The position numbers and the translations under genes were made by a program. From NCBI GenBank assembly GCA_040752695.1, contig JBFMGO010000005.1, positions 31,722 to 53,772 on the forward strand: a stretch of 22,051 nucleotides of DNA, in the 5' to 3' direction. The notes under the pieces are model-generated. The model did no database searches and was not told where the DNA came from. It saw nothing but the letters and a program-made list of their open reading frames with translations. Positions 17,478-22,051 of the stretch are shown here, piece by piece (within the stretch, counting starts at the first letter, position 1; every line of letters begins with the position of its first letter). The stretch is from a bacterium. GTDB taxonomy: Bacteria; SZUA-182; DTGQ01.

Positions 17478-18407
17478 ATGATAAAAAGATTATTCTGGTT
17501 TTTGGCTGTCTTGCTCGTAACTGCCGACTCCTTTCTGGCTGCAGATCTATTAACGTCCAAAATCAGTACCAAGTGGGAGGAATTGACTGATTCAGAGGTT
17601 GCTTCAGATGCGCAACCCAAGTCAAAAACCGCTGCTGTCAGATACTCCGATTATGCGATAATCGACAGGCGTAACCTCTTTCAGACGGCAGGAGTGGAAA
17701 AACAGGAAGAAGTAGCGAAATCTCAGGAACCAAAACCCCCATCAGAAGTAAAACCCCTGGGTCCATTGAAGCTGAAACTTTTGGGAACTATCGTCGGAAC
17801 CATTGCGCGTCCGTGTGCAATTATCCAGGATCTTAACACCCAGAAACAGGATATCTACCGGGAAGGGGACACGGTCACCGACGCTGTAGTCTTGAAAATC
17901 TATCGTAATAAAGTGGTTCTCAACCATGGTGGAAACGAGGAGATCCTCCTGGCTTTTGAGTCGGAACTTCCCCGTTCCCCGCGGGAGGAGAAGACACCGG
18001 CAGTTCAAAAGGAGCCTGAACAACCCAATACCACCACTGGCCGCTATGATTTAGGCCGCCTGGGCAGACGGGTTTCGCAATACCGGTGGGAACTTGACCG
18101 GAGTGAAGTCTCCCGGGTTATTGAGAATGCCAGTCAGTTATTAACCCAGGTCCGAATTGTCCCTCACTTTAACAAGGGGCAGCTTGATAAACCTGATGGT
18201 TTTCAGGTTGCCAACGTAAAGCAGGGAGGGTTTTTTGACAAGCTGGGCATCATGCCGGGAGATGTCATCAAGGAAGTCAATGGAGAGGCGGTCGATAGTC
18301 CGGAGAAGGCATTTGCCGCCTACCAGAAGTTTAAAAACGAATCTAATGTCAAGATCATCATAGAAAGGCAAAATCAACTCCATACACTGACCTACGATAT
18401 TCCGTAG
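17478..18407 (+). CDS. gspC: Type II secretion system protein GspC (TM-HR-PDZ)
   Basis: N-terminal TM, RRNLF, HR domain LKLKLLGTIVG..AII..YREGD..KIYRNKVVL, C-terminal PDZ (RIVPHF..GFQV..LGIMPGDVIKEVNG); directly upstream of secretin and ATPase genes. Confidence 0.93.
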   Translation: MIKRLFWFLAVLLVTADSFLAADLLTSKISTKWEELTDSEVASDAQPKSKTAAVRYSDYAIIDRRNLFQTAGVEKQEEVAKSQEPKPPSEVKPLGPLKLKLLGTIVGTIARPCAIIQDLNTQKQDIYREGDTVTDAVVLKIYRNKVVLNHGGNEEILLAFESELPRSPREEKTPAVQKEPEQPNTTTGRYDLGRLGRRVSQYRWELDRSEVSRVIENASQLLTQVRIVPHFNKGQLDKPDGFQVANVKQGGFFDKLGIMPGDVIKEVNGEAVDSPEKAFAAYQKFKNESNVKIIIERQNQLHTLTYDIP

Positions 18408-18441
18408 CAGTGTGCGATGTCCTGCGGGAGGAAGGTATTCG

Positions 18442-20775
18442 GTGATAAAGATCAGAAAGACCACTTTGTGGCTCTTGTTTTTGTTCTGGTTTGTCGCAAT
18501 CGTCTGGAACGGAGGATGCAGGTTCTGCTGGGCTCAGGATATTCCGCCGGCACTCAATGAATTGGTGAAGAAGATCTCCTCGGATAAAGAGAGCAATAAG
18601 AAAGTATCCATGGATTTCGATAATGTGGATATCCGCCTGGTCATCAAATACATGAGCGACCTTACGGGGAAGAACTTTATTCTGGATGATCGGGTCAAGG
18701 GAAAGGTCACCGTGCTTTCACCCACGGAAATACCGGTTAAGGACGCTTTCAAGATTTTTGAATCAATCCTGGAGGTAAACGGATATACCACGGTCGTTGC
18801 GGGAAATGTTATCAAGGTCATTCCTGACAGCCAGGCTGCCAGCAAGAATCTGGAGACCGTTAAAGGGGAATCCCCCACAGCGGAGGAAGACGTCAGTGAC
18901 ACGATGGTCACTCAGCTTATTTCCCTTCAATACGCTGATGTCGAGAGGGTCAAGGCCATCCTGCAACCTCTTATCTCCCGGGAAAGCAAAATCCTGAGCT
19001 ACCTTCCTACCAATACCCTGATTCTGACCGAGCGGGTTTCGAATATCAACCGGCTTATGACCATATTAAAAGAGCTCGATATTGAAATCGCAAATTCCGT
19101 TATCTCGATCATTCCCATCAAGCATGGAGATGCTGACACCCTGGCCAAGCAAATACAAACCCTCTTCGGAGAAAGGACCAGTTACTACCGCAAAAGTCGA
19201 AAGACCCGCTCTGCCCAGGGGTCCACTCTGAAAATCCTCCCTGACAGCCGAACCGGCAACATCATTGTCATGGCCGAGCCCGATCAGCTCGAGGAGATCA
19301 AGGATCTGATCAGGCAACTGGATGTTCCTGTCTCCAGGGACAAGGATGATATCCATGTCTATTTCCTTAAAAACTCCAAGGCAGATGACATGGCCAAGGT
19401 TTTGGCTCAGATCATGTCCAAGACTATGGCTAAGCCGGCTAAAGATGCCAAGCCTGAAACGCCGCTTACCGTGGTGTCGGACAAAGCCACCAACTCCCTG
19501 ATTATTACTGCCTCTTCCGTGGATTACGGTGTCATCGAGCGGGTGCTTGAAAAGCTGGATATCATGCGTCCCCAGGTATTGGTTGAGGCCCTGATCGCCG
19601 AAGTAAGTTATGACAAATCCAGGGAACTCGGCGTTGAGTGGCGGGCCATGCGGGAGCCATCCGATGAGGGCGAACTCCTTCCCCTGGGAGGAACCAGCTT
19701 CGGAAAAATCAACAGTGTAATGGCTAACCCTCTGGCACCCCCCAGCGGTATGTTTATCGGACTGACCAAGGGATATATCAGCATGGGCGGTACCTCTTTT
19801 CCCAACCTGGCTTCACTGATCGCAGCCTATCAGACCGACAGCGACGTCAATATCCTCTCCACTCCGCATATCCTCACTACCGACAACGAGGAGGCCGAGA
19901 TCATCGTCGGCCAGGAAGTCCCCTTTGCCGGATCAAGGGAAGTTCTGGCCAACAATACCAGCAGTTCCATCTATTCCATCAATTACAAGAACGTGGGACT
20001 TACCCTGCGCCTCACTCCTCACATCAATCAGGATGATTATGTCAAGCTGGAAATCTATCAGGAGATCAAACAGGTGGTTGACGCCACAGTGAGTCAGGCG
20101 GGACCTATCCCCACCACCACCATTCGACAGGCCAAAACCACCGTTGTAGTCAAAAACGGCCAAACTGTAGTCCTGGGGGGATTGATCCAGGATGATAAGT
20201 TTAAAAATTCTCAAAGGGTCCCCTGTCTGGGATCCATTCCTGTCCTTGGCCTGGCCTTCAAATCTTCAAGCAAGAGGGGTCAGAAGAGAAACCTTCAGAT
20301 ATTTATTACTCCTCATATTGTCACAAAACCAGAAGATATCGACATCTTCACAAAAGGGATGAGGGACAAGCTGGAAGAGCAGGCACCGGCACCGCAGTCG
20401 AAAACCGGAAAAGCCACCAATGCTGCAAAAGATACAACCGGGAAAGCAAAAAAAACTGCAAAAGATACAAAAGCTGCAACAGACATGAAAGGTACAGGAA
20501 ATGCGAAAGATACACTATCTGCACCGGATAAGAAAGATAATGCCGTCCCTGCCAAAAAGGTGGAAAATAATCCAGCAGCGCCAGAGCAGCAACCGAAAGT
20601 CAAAGATGAGCAGCAACTAAAAGCCAAAGATGATATAAAGGCAGATAGGGCCCTCCCTGCCAAAAAGCTGAACGGCACCCCGCCAGCGGTGGAGCAGCAG
20701 CCGATAGTCAGTGAGGATAGAGAGAATAAGAAGGATAAAAAGGGAGAGACATTGCCGTTCCTGCCAAAAAGGTGA
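18442..20775 (+). CDS. gspD: Type II secretion system secretin GspD with long K/A/P-rich C-terminal tail
   Basis: N0 (MDFDNVDIRLVIKYMSDLTGKNFILDDRVKGKVTV), repeated N domains (TNTLIL, DSRTGNIIV, DKATNSLII), secretin core (RPQVLVEALIAEV, NILSTPHILTTDNEEAEIIVGQEVP, VGLTLRLTPHIN, VPCLGSIPVLG). Start placed at GTG 18442 behind GGAGG; the ORF track starts at 18412. Confidence 0.95.
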   Translation: MIKIRKTTLWLLFLFWFVAIVWNGGCRFCWAQDIPPALNELVKKISSDKESNKKVSMDFDNVDIRLVIKYMSDLTGKNFILDDRVKGKVTVLSPTEIPVKDAFKIFESILEVNGYTTVVAGNVIKVIPDSQAASKNLETVKGESPTAEEDVSDTMVTQLISLQYADVERVKAILQPLISRESKILSYLPTNTLILTERVSNINRLMTILKELDIEIANSVISIIPIKHGDADTLAKQIQTLFGERTSYYRKSRKTRSAQGSTLKILPDSRTGNIIVMAEPDQLEEIKDLIRQLDVPVSRDKDDIHVYFLKNSKADDMAKVLAQIMSKTMAKPAKDAKPETPLTVVSDKATNSLIITASSVDYGVIERVLEKLDIMRPQVLVEALIAEVSYDKSRELGVEWRAMREPSDEGELLPLGGTSFGKINSVMANPLAPPSGMFIGLTKGYISMGGTSFPNLASLIAAYQTDSDVNILSTPHILTTDNEEAEIIVGQEVPFAGSREVLANNTSSSIYSINYKNVGLTLRLTPHINQDDYVKLEIYQEIKQVVDATVSQAGPIPTTTIRQAKTTVVVKNGQTVVLGGLIQDDKFKNSQRVPCLGSIPVLGLAFKSSSKRGQKRNLQIFITPHIVTKPEDIDIFTKGMRDKLEEQAPAPQSKTGKATNAAKDTTGKAKKTAKDTKAATDMKGTGNAKDTLSAPDKKDNAVPAKKVENNPAAPEQQPKVKDEQQLKAKDDIKADRALPAKKLNGTPPAVEQQPIVSEDRENKKDKKGETLPFLPKR

Positions 20776-20860
20776 AAGGTAACCTGGCAGAGTATTTGGA
20801 AAACACCAGCCGAGAGCCGGAAAGAATAAAAAAAGACAATGCCATCCCTGCCAAAGGGGG
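20527..20860 (+). repeat. Four degenerate ~90-105 bp copies centred on CCTGCCAAA (PAK), spanning the gspD stop codon
   Basis: Copies near 20540 (aatgccgtccctgccaaaaaggtg), 20650 (gccctccctgccaaaaagctg), 20752 (attgccgttcctgccaaaaaggtg) and 20838 (aatgccatccctgccaaaggg). Confidence 0.75.
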
Positions 20861-20922
20861 GCAGCCCGGCGATTTTCGAAGCAGCAGCTAAAAAATCAAA
20901 AAGTGGAGCAGCCGAATAAGCA

Positions 20923-22050
20923 ATGGGTGTGATAAAGAAGAGTTTAGGGAATATTCTCCTTGATCAAAACCTCATCAGTGAAGAGTCGCTATCCGAAGCG
21001 CTGAACATTCAAAAAAGCAAAGGAGGGAAGCTTGGCAAGATTCTCGTTCATTTAGGCTATCTGAACGAAACCGAACTTCTGCGTGCCATGAGTCTGAAAT
21101 TTGGGATACCCTTCGAGGAAAGGATCGATTTTCAACTGGATAAGGAATTGATCCAAAAAGTTCCCTTTCACTTCTGCAGGCAGTATAAGCTGATCCCCTT
21201 TGCCCAGGAAAACGGTCTGATTAAAGTGGCCGTCTCCGATCCTCTTCAGATCCAGCTTCTGGACGATGTCCGGCTTTTATGCAATCAGCCCGTCAGGCCG
21301 GTCATCTGTACCGAAGATACGATTCTCGAGGCAATCCATGATGTTTATCATCAGTCACCGGAATCTGCCGAAAAAATGGTCAAGGATCTGGACATGGAAG
21401 ACTCCTCCAGTCTGATCGCTGATATCGGCGAAGAGGCCAGAGATATTCTGGACATGGCCAATGAGGCCCCCATTATTAAATTGGTCAACCTTATTTTACT
21501 CCAGGCGATCAAGGAAAGGGCCAGCGACGTACACGTGGAACCCCTGGAGCGGGAATTGCGTGTCCGCTACCGGATTGACGGAATTCTTTACGATACCCTG
21601 ACTCCGCCCAAAAAGTATCAGACTGCCATTATTTCCCGAATCAAGATCATGTCCAAGATGGACATTGCCGAAAAGCGTCTTCCACAGGACGGCAGGATGA
21701 AAATAAAGCTGGTTGACCGCGAGGTTGATATCCGGGTTTCCACCATTCCCGTGGCCTTCGGCGAGCGGGTAGTAATGCGGCTCCTAGATAAGAATTCCAA
21801 CATTCTGACCCTGGAAGACCTTGGGTTTTCCGAAAGAGACCTGACAGAATTCGGATCGTTCATCGGCTTTTCACATGGGATTATTCTGGTCACCGGTCCT
21901 ACGGGGAGCGGGAAGACCACTACCCTCTACGCTGTGCTTCGTAAGATCAATTTTTCCGATAAAAACATTATCACGGTTGAGGACCCGGTCGAATATCAGT
22001 TAGACGGGATCGGGCAGATTCAGGTCATGCCCAAAATCAATCTCCATTTC
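20923..22050 (+). CDS. gspE: Type II secretion ATPase GspE, 3'-partial, with N-terminal MshEN-like domain
   Basis: Manual translation (not in the ORF track because it is open at the window end): [30 protein letters not shown]...[93 protein letters not shown]. Confidence 0.96.
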   Translation, partial: MGVIKKSLGNILLDQNLISEESLSEALNIQKSKGGKLGKILVHLGYLNETELLRAMSLKFGIPFEERIDFQLDKELIQKVPFHFCRQYKLIPFAQENGLIKVAVSDPLQIQLLDDVRLLCNQPVRPVICTEDTILEAIHDVYHQSPESAEKMVKDLDMEDSSSLIADIGEEARDILDMANEAPIIKLVNLILLQAIKERASDVHVEPLERELRVRYRIDGILYDTLTPPKKYQTAIISRIKIMSKMDIAEKRLPQDGRMKIKLVDREVDIRVSTIPVAFGERVVMRLLDKNSNILTLEDLGFSERDLTEFGSFIGFSHGIILVTGPTGSGKTTTLYAVLRKINFSDKNIITVEDPVEYQLDGIGQIQVMPKINLHF

Positions 22051-22051
22051 T

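Overview
Bacterial window, roughly 50% GC by eye, with gene content resembling Desulfobacterota/Geobacter-type anaerobes; taxonomy cannot be fixed from the sequence. The left half (1-11757, minus strand) looks like a four-gene extracellular-electron-transfer operon: NHL beta-propeller, OmcS-like hexaheme cytochrome c, second NHL beta-propeller, and a giant cytochrome. The giant (>=2706 aa) runs off the window edge and is therefore absent from the ORF track. By manual translation it has a signal peptide, an N-terminal OmcS-like hexaheme module, 21 further heme motifs (27 in total: 24 CXXCH, 2 CX4CH, 1 CX3CH), and a heme-free tail of >1200 aa made of tandem beta-rich repeats with two F5/8-type-C (discoidin)-like domains. 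A PAS-PAS histidine kinase and a sigma-54 (NtrC-family) response regulator are transcribed divergently. These are followed by purD, tRNA-Arg(TCT) and the start of a type II secretion operon (gspC, gspD, partial gspE). The most interesting hypothesis is a cytochrome-nanowire system in which a stand-alone OmcS-like subunit is paired with a giant OmcS-headed, adhesin-tailed multiheme protein.
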